Shown here: positions 37,974 through 48,176 of the stretch, piece by piece | How the letters are laid out: every line of letters starts with the position of its first letter | How positions within the stretch are numbered: the first letter of the stretch is position 1 | The notes under the pieces: model-generated | The model's input: only the letters and a program-made list of their open reading frames with translations | Told to the model about the DNA's origin: nothing | Database searches by the model: none | Position numbers and translations under genes: made by a program | From: an uncultured Gammaproteobacteria bacterium | Lineage (GTDB): Bacteria; Pseudomonadota; Gammaproteobacteria; GCA-001735895 | Length of the DNA stretch: 64,000 nt | Reading direction: 5' to 3' | NCBI GenBank assembly: GCA_947260025.1 | Contig: CAMYON010000002.1 | Location: forward strand, 3,714-67,713

Positions 37974-40900
37974 CTACTGGTTTAAAAGTTTGCTGTACGC
38001 ATCATATTCCTTTTTCAGGCTGTTATCCATTTTTAAGGCCTGTTCATAGCTGCTCCTGGCCGCCTGCAGATCGCCTGCACTATAGTGCGCCATAGACAGA
38101 TTTATCCATATTCTGCCATCCTCGGGGTCGAGTTCGGCGGCCCGCGCATAGTTTTCGATTGCCCGCGCGTAATCTTTCTGCAAAAAGTACAGGTTACCGC
38201 GATTGCTCTTGACCGCACTGTCCTGGGGCGCCAGTTCATCCAGTGCATCGAAGGCCAGCTCCGCCTTTTCATACAGCCCATAACGTGCATAAAGAATACC
38301 TATTTGCAGCCGTGCGGCGATATTACTCGGATTATTGTCCACCATGGCCCGATAAGGCAGAATCAGGCGATCGATACTCTTCTGCAGCAGCAGGCCCTGC
38401 GCCTGTCGGACAAGACTCTCGGTGCGTCGCACCTCCGGCAATTCAATCGAATAGCTCGCCTTGCGCAGCGTTACCGGCTGGTAGGCTTGCCACGCCTGGT
38501 CCAGGCTGATTATCCCGAGTTCGCCAGTCTCGAGTGCGGCCTGATACTTGCGCGCGCCCTCGGCCCAGGCCTCGTTGAAATTCGTATTAACCATGGTAGC
38601 TTCCAGCGGTATCCACACCTTGCCATCGTTTATCACCAGCAGACTGTTGTCCTGGCTGATTAGATCAGCCTCCTGCTCGGCGAGGCCGGTATCGAACATC
38701 AGGAAAAGATGCCCCGGAACTTCAATGAAGGCGGTATTGATACCCAGGTTCTCGAGCCCGGCACTGATTAATACCGACAAATCATCGCAATCCCCGCTTT
38801 TGAGCCGCAGGGTTTCGCGTGGAAACTGCACGTAGTCGACCTGGTCATCGCGTAACTCGTTAAACGGGGTATTGGGATCAACAATGTAATTAATGCCGGA
38901 GGCGGTGAGACTGCTGAAGTACGCCATCGCCGCAACCAGCTTTTCGTTCAGCGGCCCAGGATCTGGTTGAAAGGCATTGACCACCTGGCGCACGTAATCC
39001 CTGAGCGTGTCATCTTTCGGCGTCACGAACGAACCGATCATTTCCGCGTCACCCCAAACGATCGCATTCTTACCGTAAACCGTCATCGGCTGGGTCAAGG
39101 TAATGTCATCCTTTTGCCCATCACGCTGATAGGTCAACCTGACTTCGACCTGAACCCCCGTGTCTTCGTCGACCTCGAGAATTCGGTTGTTGAAAGTGGC
39201 GTTTATCGGGATTTCCCGGGTTTCCTTACCCTCGATTACGGCAATATCGACCGCCGTTGGAAAGTCCATAAACTCCTTGATCTGGAAGGATAGTTTCAGG
39301 TTACCGTAGTCGGTGGCGCTGACGTTACGCAAGTTGACGCTGCCGATTGGCCGGTCCTGGTACTTTTTGTAAGCGGCCGAAAAAACCGTGTCCAGATTCA
39401 GGTCGGAAAGCAACAACTGGGGAGCGTTGTTCTTGAATTCGAGCGATTTCTTGCGTTCCGCGAAAGCAACGTTCAGGATCGCGCGATTCTGCTCCGAAGG
39501 ATCGAGTTCTACCGCTTGCTCGAACTCCGCAACCGCGGCGTCGAACATACGCCGCTTGGCATAAAGGTTTCCGAGCGCAACATGCGGTTCCGCCCATTGC
39601 GGCCGAATCGCGGCCGCCCGCTCCAGGTGATCGCTAGACGCATCGAACAGGTTTGCATCCTGATAGACGCGCCCGATTCGATACTGCAAATCGGCAGAAG
39701 TGGAATCGACACTGATCGCCGTCTTGAGAAACTCGATCGCGGAGCCAACCTTGCCCTGTTGATTGGCAATATCTGCCTGTAGCACCAGTACGTCGATATC
39801 CTCGGGGGCGATCCTGGAGGCCGCCTCGGCATGAATCGAGGCAGAACGGTAGTTGCGGGTGGCAAACAGGCTACGAGCGTAGCGCTTGCGTTCATTCAGC
39901 GATTGCGGCTGCAGTGTAACGGCCGTCTCGAGATAGACGTTGGCGTCTCGGTAGCTTTCGCGCTCGAGTTCAATCTTGCCCGCGAGCGCATACAGCTCGA
40001 ATGCATCGGGATTTTGTTGAATGCCCTGGGCCAGCGATTTTACAGCTTCGGCGGGCTGTTTCATTTCAACGAAGGAGCGCGCCAGGGACAGCCATGCGTC
40101 GATCACTTCGGGACTATCCTTGACAACTCGCGTCAGACGCAAGACCGCCTCTTTGTGCCTGCCCTGCTTGGCGGCAATTTTACCGAGCAGGTAGTAGCCT
40201 TCGCTCCGGGTTTCCTTGCCACCGGACAACTCGACCGCTACCGACCTGGCCTCCTCGTCGCGGTTAAGATGCAGCAGCGAGCGTGCCTTTCCGACCGCGG
40301 CGGCGCCCAAATCCGGCCGCATTCCGGAGACCGCCGCATAGTGCCCCAACGCCTCCTCGTAATTACCCATGTTGTATAGATCCTGTGCAATCCTGAGCCT
40401 GATCCTGAAATCATCGGGATGGCGCTCGACTATCGCCTGGTAAGTAAGCAGACCGTCGTCGACGATACCTGCTTCGATATAGGCCCTACCCAGCAGGTAT
40501 CGCAGTTCGACATTTTCCGGGTACGCGACGAGACCATCCTCGGCGCAGGTAACCGCTCCGAGAGCATCCGCCAGGTTTAAACTCGACCGGGCACAGATCA
40601 AAAACGGCTCCACTTCGGACGGCTCCTGTTCCAGCACTTCATCGATTAGCGCTCGAGCCTCGAGAAATTGCCCCAGCTCATAATGCGCCCGCACCTGATA
40701 AAGAATCGCCTTGTCATGATATATCTCCGAATCCGCAAGTCGCCTGAACTCGCCGAGCGCTCGCGTATAATTTTTTAACTGGTAGAGACTCATGCCCAGT
40801 AAATCGCGCACATCGGCGTTGTCCGGTTCGAGTCGAAGCATCTTGTCAGCCAGGTTGACCACGTCGGCGAATTCATTGCTTTCGTAAAGTCCGGTAATCG

Positions 40901-42953
40901 TCTGAAAATGGTTCTGCTTCGGCAGCGATGGTGCAGCACGCAGTCCGTGAGCGCTCACCGATACGACTCTGAACCACCTGTACTCGCCGGCGTCATCGAC
41001 CGACAGCGTCTGCCCCAGCGACGAGCTCGTGGAAATGGTCTCGAACGGGCCATCCCTGTTCCTGGCAGCCTCGACTTCATACTTTTCGATAAGCGGAGAT
41101 TTACTGCTGCTCCATGCCAGGTTGATCTGATCTCTGTTGGCAGAGATATTCAGGCCAAACGCTGAATCCGGATACTCCAGCAGGTCGAAACGAAAATACT
41201 TCTGACGTTCGCTGTCGTTGACATAAATACTGTTCTTTGCGCCGGAAGATACCGAAATCGATGTCGCTTTTTCGAGATACGCCAGGGTTCCATTCTTACC
41301 CGCGGAGCCGAAGGCGCGGTAAGGTTCGAAATTGCTGAACACCTGAACCCAGTAATCGTTGAAATCCGAGGCTGCCAATACATAGAGCCGGTCCTGCAGA
41401 TCAATATCCAGTCCGTAGAAACGGGTGAACTCATGCAGTGATTTTCCCTTGATACCGATGGCAGCGATTTTTTTGCGATCCTTGTTGATCACCTGAATCA
41501 CTCCGCCCGCGCCCCGGTCTGCAATGTAAAGATTCTCTTCGCTATCCAGGGCGATGGGCCCTACTTCGACGAATAGTTGTTCGCCGTCTCGTTGTTGATT
41601 GATCTCTTCCAGAAACTGCCCATCACTCGAAAAAACCTGGATCCTGTTATTACCCTTGTCGGTAACATAATATTTGCCATGACTTACGAAAACATCGCTG
41701 GGATTCTGAAATCCGGCGGCAGAAGTTCCATAGCGGCCTATCGTAAAAAGCTTGCTACCGTCGAGGGAAAAAGCATGTAACCTGTTTTTGTCGAGTATTG
41801 CCACCGATTGCGCGCCAACGTGAATCGCCTGCGGCTTTTTCGCCTCCTCGGCGAACCTGCCGGTCTCTTTGCCGTCGGCTCCGAGTATGACAATTCCCTG
41901 GTTGTCAGGTCTTATGCAAAGGACCCGGCCTTCGGTAAAAACGGTCATCGCCACGCAGGGTGCATCGTAAGCAGCACCGAATTCAAGCAAATCGATCGCC
42001 ACGGGAGTGGCAAAACCGGTCTGGTCCAGCTGTAAAACCTCTACCTTCTTGTTCCTGGTATCCAGAATCGCTAGCTGGCCGTTGGTATTGACAGACAATT
42101 GGCTAATATCGAGAAAACGCGTGCGCGATTGCCCCAACCCGCCAAACTCTCCAAACACCTGTCGCGTTCGCCAGTCGAAAAACACGACCCGTTTGCTGAC
42201 AGCATCGCCAAGGTAAAGATTTCCGTCCAGATCGGTGGTCAGTGCGCTGAACTCCGGCGTTTCGCCAAAGAACTCCGTTAATTCTTGCGCCGTAACACGC
42301 TCGATCAGATTCCCCTGCCGGTTAAAAACGGATATACGGGTCGGGCCCTCGAGCACATAAATATTCTCGTCGGCATCGATACTGATATGGGTGGGCTTGA
42401 GGAGATCCGTTTTTCTGTTGCCATTCCTGCCAATACTGCGCAAAAAAAGCCCCTGGTAATTAAATACGCTGATCTGCTTGTTATTGACGTCGCCCAGGTA
42501 AATCTTTCTGTTGGACGAGACCGCAACCGCTTTCGGATCATTGAGTTCGCCCGGAGAGCTTCCGGATTGCGAAAACCGTGTCACCAGCTCTAACGCCGGA
42601 TCCAGTATCACAACCTCTCCGGAGCCTTCGTTTACGACGACCAGGTTACCGTTGGGTAGTATATCGACACCGCCGAGACTGGAGTCATCGAAAATGGAGG
42701 GTAACAGACTGATTGCTTCGATACTGCCGTCGACGATTCTTAACAGCGTACCCTGTTCTTCGCTGGTGACATAAACCACGCCATCGTCGCTTATTTTTAT
42801 ACCGCTGGCGTCCTCCATGATCCGGGCATAGTCACCAGCCTCGATAAATTGAAGAATTTCGATCGCCCGCGCCTGGGCCGACAAGCCTGTTAGAACAAGG
42901 ACGATTAATATCCGGAGACAATACTTTTGCGCTTTCATGACCTCGTTCCGCAA
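37974..42953 (-). CDS. Giant secreted multidomain protein: signal peptide, NHL-repeat beta-propellers, FN3 domain, ~10 TPR repeats, transglutaminase-like cysteine protease core, C-terminal TPRs
   Basis: 1,659 aa. N-terminal signal peptide. Repeated NHL-like blades (YVTDKGNNRIQVFSSDGQF, LYIADRGAGGVIQVINKD, LAILDTRNKKVEVL). Transglutaminase-like catalytic region SGDCDDLSVLISAGLENLGINTAFIEVPGHLFLMFD, with Cys, His and Asp spaced as in TGase/BTLCP cores. Long TPR arrays before and after. By eye, the gene has lower GC (~50-53%) than its flanks. Confidence 0.7.
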   Translation of the reverse strand: MRNEVMKAQKYCLRILIVLVLTGLSAQARAIEILQFIEAGDYARIMEDASGIKISDDGVVYVTSEEQGTLLRIVDGSIEAISLLPSIFDDSSLGGVDILPNGNLVVVNEGSGEVVILDPALELVTRFSQSGSSPGELNDPKAVAVSSNRKIYLGDVNNKQISVFNYQGLFLRSIGRNGNRKTDLLKPTHISIDADENIYVLEGPTRISVFNRQGNLIERVTAQELTEFFGETPEFSALTTDLDGNLYLGDAVSKRVVFFDWRTRQVFGEFGGLGQSRTRFLDISQLSVNTNGQLAILDTRNKKVEVLQLDQTGFATPVAIDLLEFGAAYDAPCVAMTVFTEGRVLCIRPDNQGIVILGADGKETGRFAEEAKKPQAIHVGAQSVAILDKNRLHAFSLDGSKLFTIGRYGTSAAGFQNPSDVFVSHGKYYVTDKGNNRIQVFSSDGQFLEEINQQRDGEQLFVEVGPIALDSEENLYIADRGAGGVIQVINKDRKKIAAIGIKGKSLHEFTRFYGLDIDLQDRLYVLAASDFNDYWVQVFSNFEPYRAFGSAGKNGTLAYLEKATSISVSSGAKNSIYVNDSERQKYFRFDLLEYPDSAFGLNISANRDQINLAWSSSKSPLIEKYEVEAARNRDGPFETISTSSSLGQTLSVDDAGEYRWFRVVSVSAHGLRAAPSLPKQNHFQTITGLYESNEFADVVNLADKMLRLEPDNADVRDLLGMSLYQLKNYTRALGEFRRLADSEIYHDKAILYQVRAHYELGQFLEARALIDEVLEQEPSEVEPFLICARSSLNLADALGAVTCAEDGLVAYPENVELRYLLGRAYIEAGIVDDGLLTYQAIVERHPDDFRIRLRIAQDLYNMGNYEEALGHYAAVSGMRPDLGAAAVGKARSLLHLNRDEEARSVAVELSGGKETRSEGYYLLGKIAAKQGRHKEAVLRLTRVVKDSPEVIDAWLSLARSFVEMKQPAEAVKSLAQGIQQNPDAFELYALAGKIELERESYRDANVYLETAVTLQPQSLNERKRYARSLFATRNYRSASIHAEAASRIAPEDIDVLVLQADIANQQGKVGSAIEFLKTAISVDSTSADLQYRIGRVYQDANLFDASSDHLERAAAIRPQWAEPHVALGNLYAKRRMFDAAVAEFEQAVELDPSEQNRAILNVAFAERKKSLEFKNNAPQLLLSDLNLDTVFSAAYKKYQDRPIGSVNLRNVSATDYGNLKLSFQIKEFMDFPTAVDIAVIEGKETREIPINATFNNRILEVDEDTGVQVEVRLTYQRDGQKDDITLTQPMTVYGKNAIVWGDAEMIGSFVTPKDDTLRDYVRQVVNAFQPDPGPLNEKLVAAMAYFSSLTASGINYIVDPNTPFNELRDDQVDYVQFPRETLRLKSGDCDDLSVLISAGLENLGINTAFIEVPGHLFLMFDTGLAEQEADLISQDNSLLVINDGKVWIPLEATMVNTNFNEAWAEGARKYQAALETGELGIISLDQAWQAYQPVTLRKASYSIELPEVRRTESLVRQAQGLLLQKSIDRLILPYRAMVDNNPSNIAARLQIGILYARYGLYEKAELAFDALDELAPQDSAVKSNRGNLYFLQKDYARAIENYARAAELDPEDGRIWINLSMAHYSAGDLQAARSSYEQALKMDNSLKKEYDAYSKLLNQ

Positions 42954-43008
42954 GCAGTCCTCGCGGCTAGCGTCGAGCCTCGGTGCCAGGAACTGATCCT
43001 AAAGCTCG

Positions 43009-43779
43009 CTAAGTGGCTATCCCCCTTTTACTGTTTCTGACGAAATCGACAAACTCTTCCACCTCCGGGTATTCTTCACACAAAGCTTCGAGATTCGCGA
43101 AAGCGTCCTGTTTCGACCCCCTGGATTTTAAAAGTTCACGAAAAGATTTGTGCAAAGCACGTATCACTTCAGGAGAAAATCCCTTGCGCTTTAAACCTTC
43201 CTTGTTGATTCCGATGACCCGGGCGCGATTTCCAGCGGCGGTGGAAAACGGCGGTATATCCTGGGTGACGACCGAGCCCAGGCCGCAAAACGCCCTGCTT
43301 CCGATCTGGGTAAACTGGTGTACCGACGTGAAGCCGCCGAGCGTCGCATAGTCGCCGACTTCGACATGCCCCGATAGCGAGGCCGCATTGGCAAATATCG
43401 TATGGCTACCAACGATACAGTCATGCGCGACATGGCTATAGGCCATGAACAGGTTGTCGCTGCCAATCACCGTTTTACCGTGACCATCATCAGTGCCGCG
43501 GTTGAGGGTCACATACTCGCGAATCACGTTGCGATCGCCGAGTTCCAGCAGGGTTGGTTCTCCCTGGTACTTTTTGTCCTGGGGCGCGTCACCGATCGAC
43601 GAAAACTGGAATATCCGGTTATCGCGGCCGATCCTGCTGGGGCCCATAATCACGACATGCGGTCCGATAACAGTACCGGCGCCAATTTCGACCCCCGCCC
43701 CGATCACGCTATAAGCCCCGATTTCGACGTCATCCGCTACGCGAGCGCTGGCGTCGACAATAGCGGTTTCATGGATCAT
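43009..43779 (-). CDS. lpxA: Acyl-ACP--UDP-N-acetylglucosamine O-acyltransferase
   Basis: [33 protein letters not shown]... hexapeptide repeats with an LpxA C-terminal helical domain. Confidence 0.9.
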   Translation of the reverse strand: MIHETAIVDASARVADDVEIGAYSVIGAGVEIGAGTVIGPHVVIMGPSRIGRDNRIFQFSSIGDAPQDKKYQGEPTLLELGDRNVIREYVTLNRGTDDGHGKTVIGSDNLFMAYSHVAHDCIVGSHTIFANAASLSGHVEVGDYATLGGFTSVHQFTQIGSRAFCGLGSVVTQDIPPFSTAAGNRARVIGINKEGLKRKGFSPEVIRALHKSFRELLKSRGSKQDAFANLEALCEEYPEVEEFVDFVRNSKRGIAT

Positions 43780-44225
43780 TGTTGGCGCTCCTGGGCAGAG
43801 CACATCATTTCGGCTTCGGCAACTACCTCGCCATCGACCGTTGCCTTGCACTGGTACATGCCGATACCGCGCATGTTGCGCTTCAGGCTAATATTCAGCG
43901 ACAGCTGATCGCCGGGAACCACCTGCCCCCTGAAACGGGATTTATCGATACCAACCAGCATGTAGAGCTTGGTTTCATGCCCATCCCCCATGTCGGAAAA
44001 CGCCAGTAATCCGGTAGCCTGCGCCATTGCTTCGAGAATCAGTACGCCCGGCATGATCGGCTGATTCGGAAAATGCCCCTGAAAAAAAGGCTCGTTAATG
44101 GTTACATTCTTGATTGCAGACAGGCTCTTGCCCTGCTCGATCTCGACCACGCGATCGATTAACAAAAACGGATAACGGTGGGGTAAAAGCTCCATCACCT
44201 TGCTGATATCAAGTTCCAATTTCAA
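43776..44225 (-). CDS. fabZ: 3-hydroxyacyl-ACP dehydratase
   Basis: ...[13 protein letters not shown]...[16 protein letters not shown]... is the canonical FabZ signature. Confidence 0.93.
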   Translation of the reverse strand: MKLELDISKVMELLPHRYPFLLIDRVVEIEQGKSLSAIKNVTINEPFFQGHFPNQPIMPGVLILEAMAQATGLLAFSDMGDGHETKLYMLVGIDKSRFRGQVVPGDQLSLNISLKRNMRGIGMYQCKATVDGEVVAEAEMMCSAQERQQ

Positions 44226-44257
44226 TCCTCGTTTACTGGTAAGCGCCGCTACGGCGT

Positions 44258-45277
44258 TTACTTCCTGGTTTTCTCTAGTCTGGCAACGCTTTGCGCTAAC
44301 TTGTCCAGAGACTTGTAACGCGCGTTATTGCGATGCCAGAGGCTGTTCTCCATCAACGGCGTTCCGGAAGAATAAACCCCCGGCTGCTTGATGTCCTTGG
44401 TTACCAGTGACATTGCGGTAATGATGACATTATCGGCCACGCTCAAATGGCCAAGCACTACCGCCGCACCCGAAATCTTGCAGTTACGTCCGATGACCGC
44501 ACTACCCGCGATGCCGACACAGGCCGCAATCGCGGTATGGGCACCGATACGCACGTTATGCGCTACCTGTATCTGGTTATCGAGCTTGCATCCCGTTTCG
44601 ATGACCGTGTCATCGAGCGCTCCACGATCGATCGTGGTATTGGCACCTACTTCCACATCAGCCTCGATGATGACGCCACCCAGCTGCGGGATCTTATGCC
44701 ACTGCTGTTGGTGCATGACCACGCCGAAACCGTCTGCTCCGATCACTACGCCGGGATGCAGTATACACCTGTCGCCGATAGTTACCGCCTGTTCCAGCGA
44801 AACCCGGTCATGGATCTGACACTGCTCGCCGATGCGCACGCCTTGAGCTACGATAACGCCCGAGCCGATCTCACTGCTGGCGCCAATTTCGACGTTATCC
44901 CCAATCACCGTCAGCGCACCAATACTGACATCACTGCCAATGCGAGCACTTTCGGCGATCTGCGCCGATGGGTGAATAGTACCTGCCGACGGCTGTCTTC
45001 CGAGCCCGAGCGAGGCAATCGCCTGCACAAAACTGTATTGTGGATTATCGGATATCAGTATTGTCCTGTCGCCGACAAGCGTGCTCAGTTCGGGTGTCAG
45101 GATCACCGCAGCACATTGACTGGCAGCAATATCCCCCAGGTATTTTCGGTGCTGGACAAAACAGAGATCCTGGGGCGTCGCGGATTTTAGCGAGGCAACG
45201 CCGCTTATCGTTAACCCGGGCTCGCCATGGAACTCCAGTTGCAGTGCGGCGGCCAGTTGTTGCAGATTAAGACTCAT
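44258..45277 (-). CDS. lpxD: UDP-3-O-(3-hydroxyacyl)glucosamine N-acyltransferase
   Basis: Left-handed beta-helix hexapeptide repeats. Position between skp and fabZ. Confidence 0.9.
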   Translation of the reverse strand: MSLNLQQLAAALQLEFHGEPGLTISGVASLKSATPQDLCFVQHRKYLGDIAASQCAAVILTPELSTLVGDRTILISDNPQYSFVQAIASLGLGRQPSAGTIHPSAQIAESARIGSDVSIGALTVIGDNVEIGASSEIGSGVIVAQGVRIGEQCQIHDRVSLEQAVTIGDRCILHPGVVIGADGFGVVMHQQQWHKIPQLGGVIIEADVEVGANTTIDRGALDDTVIETGCKLDNQIQVAHNVRIGAHTAIAACVGIAGSAVIGRNCKISGAAVVLGHLSVADNVIITAMSLVTKDIKQPGVYSSGTPLMENSLWHRNNARYKSLDKLAQSVARLEKTRK

Positions 45278-45325
45278 GCGCGCTCGGGTTATCTGCCGGA
45301 AAGTACAGGAACAGAAGACCCTGTT

Positions 45326-45856
45326 CTACTGAGATTCCTCGCTCGATTCGGGGAGTTGTTTCAGCATTTCGATGGTTTGCGTGGTAATGTCGATCTGGTC
45401 AGAGACGTAGCTGACGCCCTCGGTCAGAATAAGATCGAATTCACCCGCATCGCCCTGCATTTCAAGCACGTTGGAAATGACTTGCTGCAACTCGCGAATT
45501 TCCTCGTTACGACGCAGGTTCTGGTCTTCGCGAAACTCCTGCTCGAGAAACTTCAGCTGGCTGACCTTGAGCCTGATTTCACGCTCCAGCTTGCGCCGTG
45601 CATTCGAAGTCAGGCCGCTGCTTGATTTCAGCTCGCCCTCCATCGCCAGGATTTCCTGCCGTTTTTCCTTGAGCTGCGCTTCACGCGGACCAAACTCCGC
45701 CTTCAGGCGCTCCTCCACCTTGCGCGCCTGTGGCGCTTCTTTCAATATCCTGGCGGTGTTGACAAACCCTATCTTCAAATCCGCCGCCTGGACGGATAGG
45801 GTCGACAGCGTTGCAACCACCAGCAGTGCCAAAAATGAGTGAATATATCTTTTCAA
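45326..45856 (-). CDS. skp: Periplasmic chaperone Skp (OmpH)
   Basis: Signal peptide. ~176-aa coiled-coil protein between bamA and lpxD. Confidence 0.8.
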   Translation of the reverse strand: MKRYIHSFLALLVVATLSTLSVQAADLKIGFVNTARILKEAPQARKVEERLKAEFGPREAQLKEKRQEILAMEGELKSSSGLTSNARRKLEREIRLKVSQLKFLEQEFREDQNLRRNEEIRELQQVISNVLEMQGDAGEFDLILTEGVSYVSDQIDITTQTIEMLKQLPESSEESQ

Positions 45857-45864
45857 TTTGTTCT

Positions 45865-48174
45865 CTAAAAGGACGCTCCGAGCGCGAACTGGAAATTTTC
45901 GACATCGTCACCGGATTCGTCGTTCAACGGCACCGCGTAGCTGAATTCAATCGGGCCAATAAATGAAAACCACTTGGCTGAGAGTCCCACGGACTGGCGC
46001 AGCTCATCGGATTCAAAATCCTCGGTATCTGCAAATACGTTACCGGCATCGAAGTATACCCCAAGCCTGAAGGTTTCTGAACTGCCCAGCGCCTCGATTG
46101 GAAACAACACTTCGGTGGTGGTAATCACCTGCAGATTACCACCAAGCGGATCGCCTTCACTATCTCGAGGACCGAGGCTGTTAAACTCGTACCCCCTGAT
46201 CGAGCGCACGCCACCGGCGGTAAGCTTTTCATAGATCGGCAAGTCTTCGGCATCACCATAGCCATCCCCGACACCGATTCGGCCTCTGAAGTTAAAGGTG
46301 AAGGTTTCCGACAGGGCGTAAGCGGTCTGGTGCCGGTATCTCACCTTGTAAAAATCGAGGTCGCCGCTATGAAACTCGAGTCCGATGCTGTTGAGATGCC
46401 CTGAACTGGCAAATATTCTGCGGTTACGCGTGTCCTTAGACAGGTTGATACCGCTGAACACGGTCTCGTATTCATCCCCATCTACCTCCGAGTTCGGCGT
46501 CGACTCGTCATACTCGTCGCTGTTATCGCGAACAAAGTCGAAAACTTCCTGGGAGGAGCCGCTAGTAGTTCTAAAATCGTCTTGCTGGACACCGATCTCG
46601 AGCCTGAGCCGATTGTATTCAGATAGCGGAATTCCGTAATTCACCGACACACGGATCCGGTCGATCAGAAAATTACTGGTGTTGTTCTCCGAGGCATCCG
46701 TTTCCGAGTATCTGAAATTGAAACCGCGGCTGACGCCGTCGGGCGTATAGTAAGGGTTCGTATAAGACAGCGAGTAGCGTTCCGAGGCAGCGGAGTTATC
46801 GAAGTTAAACTTTAACGAGTTGCCGCCACCAAATATATTCTCGTGGGCAAATCCGAGATTGACAATGACGCCCTGCACCTGCGAATAGCCAAGGCCCAAC
46901 TGCAGATTCCCGGAAAATCGTTCGGTTACATCGACCTCCAGATCCACCTGGTCGTCCACATCCGGCACCGTTACCAGCCTGATGTTTGCCGAGGCAATAT
47001 AATTAAGTCGTTGCAGCCGAACGCGCGAACGGTCGACCTTCGAGCGCCGGTACATTTCACCCTCGAACTGGCGCATCTCACGGCGTAATACGAGATCCTG
47101 TGTCTTTTCGTTACCGACGAACTTGATGTAGCGCACGCGCATCGCCTTGCCTGGTATAACGACAAATTGCAGCATGACGGTTTGCTCTTCCTCGTTTACG
47201 TCGCTCACAACCCGGATATCCGCGTAGGCGTAACCATCCTCGCCGAGACGCTTTTGCATCGCAGTCACTATATTGTTTATCCGCTTGCGGGAAACGATAT
47301 CGCCTTCGCGCAGGCTGACCAACGCCTGCAGTTCGACTTCATCGACCACCATTTCTCCGGTAATCTTGGTGCCGCCCACCCGGAACTGATTGCCTTCGCT
47401 GACGTTGATGCTAATCGTAATATCCTTGCGGTCGGGACTGATCGTGACCTGCTGGGATTCCACCTGGAACTGCACGTAGCCCTGATCGAGGTAAAACGAC
47501 TTCAACGACTCCAGGTCAGCCGTCAGCTTTGTGCTTGAATACTCGTCGTCGGCAAACCATCCGGACTCGCTGGTTTCGAGCTGGAATAATTCGAGCAATT
47601 CCTCTTCCGGGAAATCCTGGTTACCGGTGATGTTGATAGACTTGATAGTCGCTGAAATACCCTCGGAAATCGTGATATCGATAGCGATTCTGTCCTCATC
47701 TATTTTGCGCCAGTCGGCGTCGATACGGGCCGCGTATTTTCCAAGCGAGTAGTAGACCTGTTGTAACTCAAGCTCGAGCTTTTCAAGTTTGTTTTGATCG
47801 AAGATGCGCCCCTTCGACATGCCTACCTGTTCCAGGGCCTGATCCAGCGCTTCGTCCTCGATATCGTCATTGCCCTCGAAATTAACTTCTGCGATAGAAG
47901 GCCTCTCTACTACCTTGATGACGAGGACATTGTCGCGTCGCAGGAGCTCGATATCGTCGAAGAAGCCGGTTGAATAAAGTTCGCGGATAATTTCAGGAGT
48001 ACGCTCGGGATCCAGCGTTTCGCCCACGTTGATCGGCAGGTAGCTGAATACCGTCCCGATCGATATCTTCTTGACACCGATGACTTCGATATTCTCGACC
48101 TTGAAACTGTCAGCCTGTGCCCAACAGGAAGCCGAGAGTAGCAGCAGAGCGCTGAACCAGACGAAAATTCTCAA
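45865..48174 (-). CDS. bamA: Outer membrane protein assembly factor BamA
   Basis: 769 aa. Signal peptide, POTRA repeats and a C-terminal beta-barrel ending ...LGASF. Conserved position. Confidence 0.9.
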   Translation of the reverse strand: MRIFVWFSALLLLSASCWAQADSFKVENIEVIGVKKISIGTVFSYLPINVGETLDPERTPEIIRELYSTGFFDDIELLRRDNVLVIKVVERPSIAEVNFEGNDDIEDEALDQALEQVGMSKGRIFDQNKLEKLELELQQVYYSLGKYAARIDADWRKIDEDRIAIDITISEGISATIKSINITGNQDFPEEELLELFQLETSESGWFADDEYSSTKLTADLESLKSFYLDQGYVQFQVESQQVTISPDRKDITISINVSEGNQFRVGGTKITGEMVVDEVELQALVSLREGDIVSRKRINNIVTAMQKRLGEDGYAYADIRVVSDVNEEEQTVMLQFVVIPGKAMRVRYIKFVGNEKTQDLVLRREMRQFEGEMYRRSKVDRSRVRLQRLNYIASANIRLVTVPDVDDQVDLEVDVTERFSGNLQLGLGYSQVQGVIVNLGFAHENIFGGGNSLKFNFDNSAASERYSLSYTNPYYTPDGVSRGFNFRYSETDASENNTSNFLIDRIRVSVNYGIPLSEYNRLRLEIGVQQDDFRTTSGSSQEVFDFVRDNSDEYDESTPNSEVDGDEYETVFSGINLSKDTRNRRIFASSGHLNSIGLEFHSGDLDFYKVRYRHQTAYALSETFTFNFRGRIGVGDGYGDAEDLPIYEKLTAGGVRSIRGYEFNSLGPRDSEGDPLGGNLQVITTTEVLFPIEALGSSETFRLGVYFDAGNVFADTEDFESDELRQSVGLSAKWFSFIGPIEFSYAVPLNDESGDDVENFQFALGASF

Positions 48175-48176
48175 AC

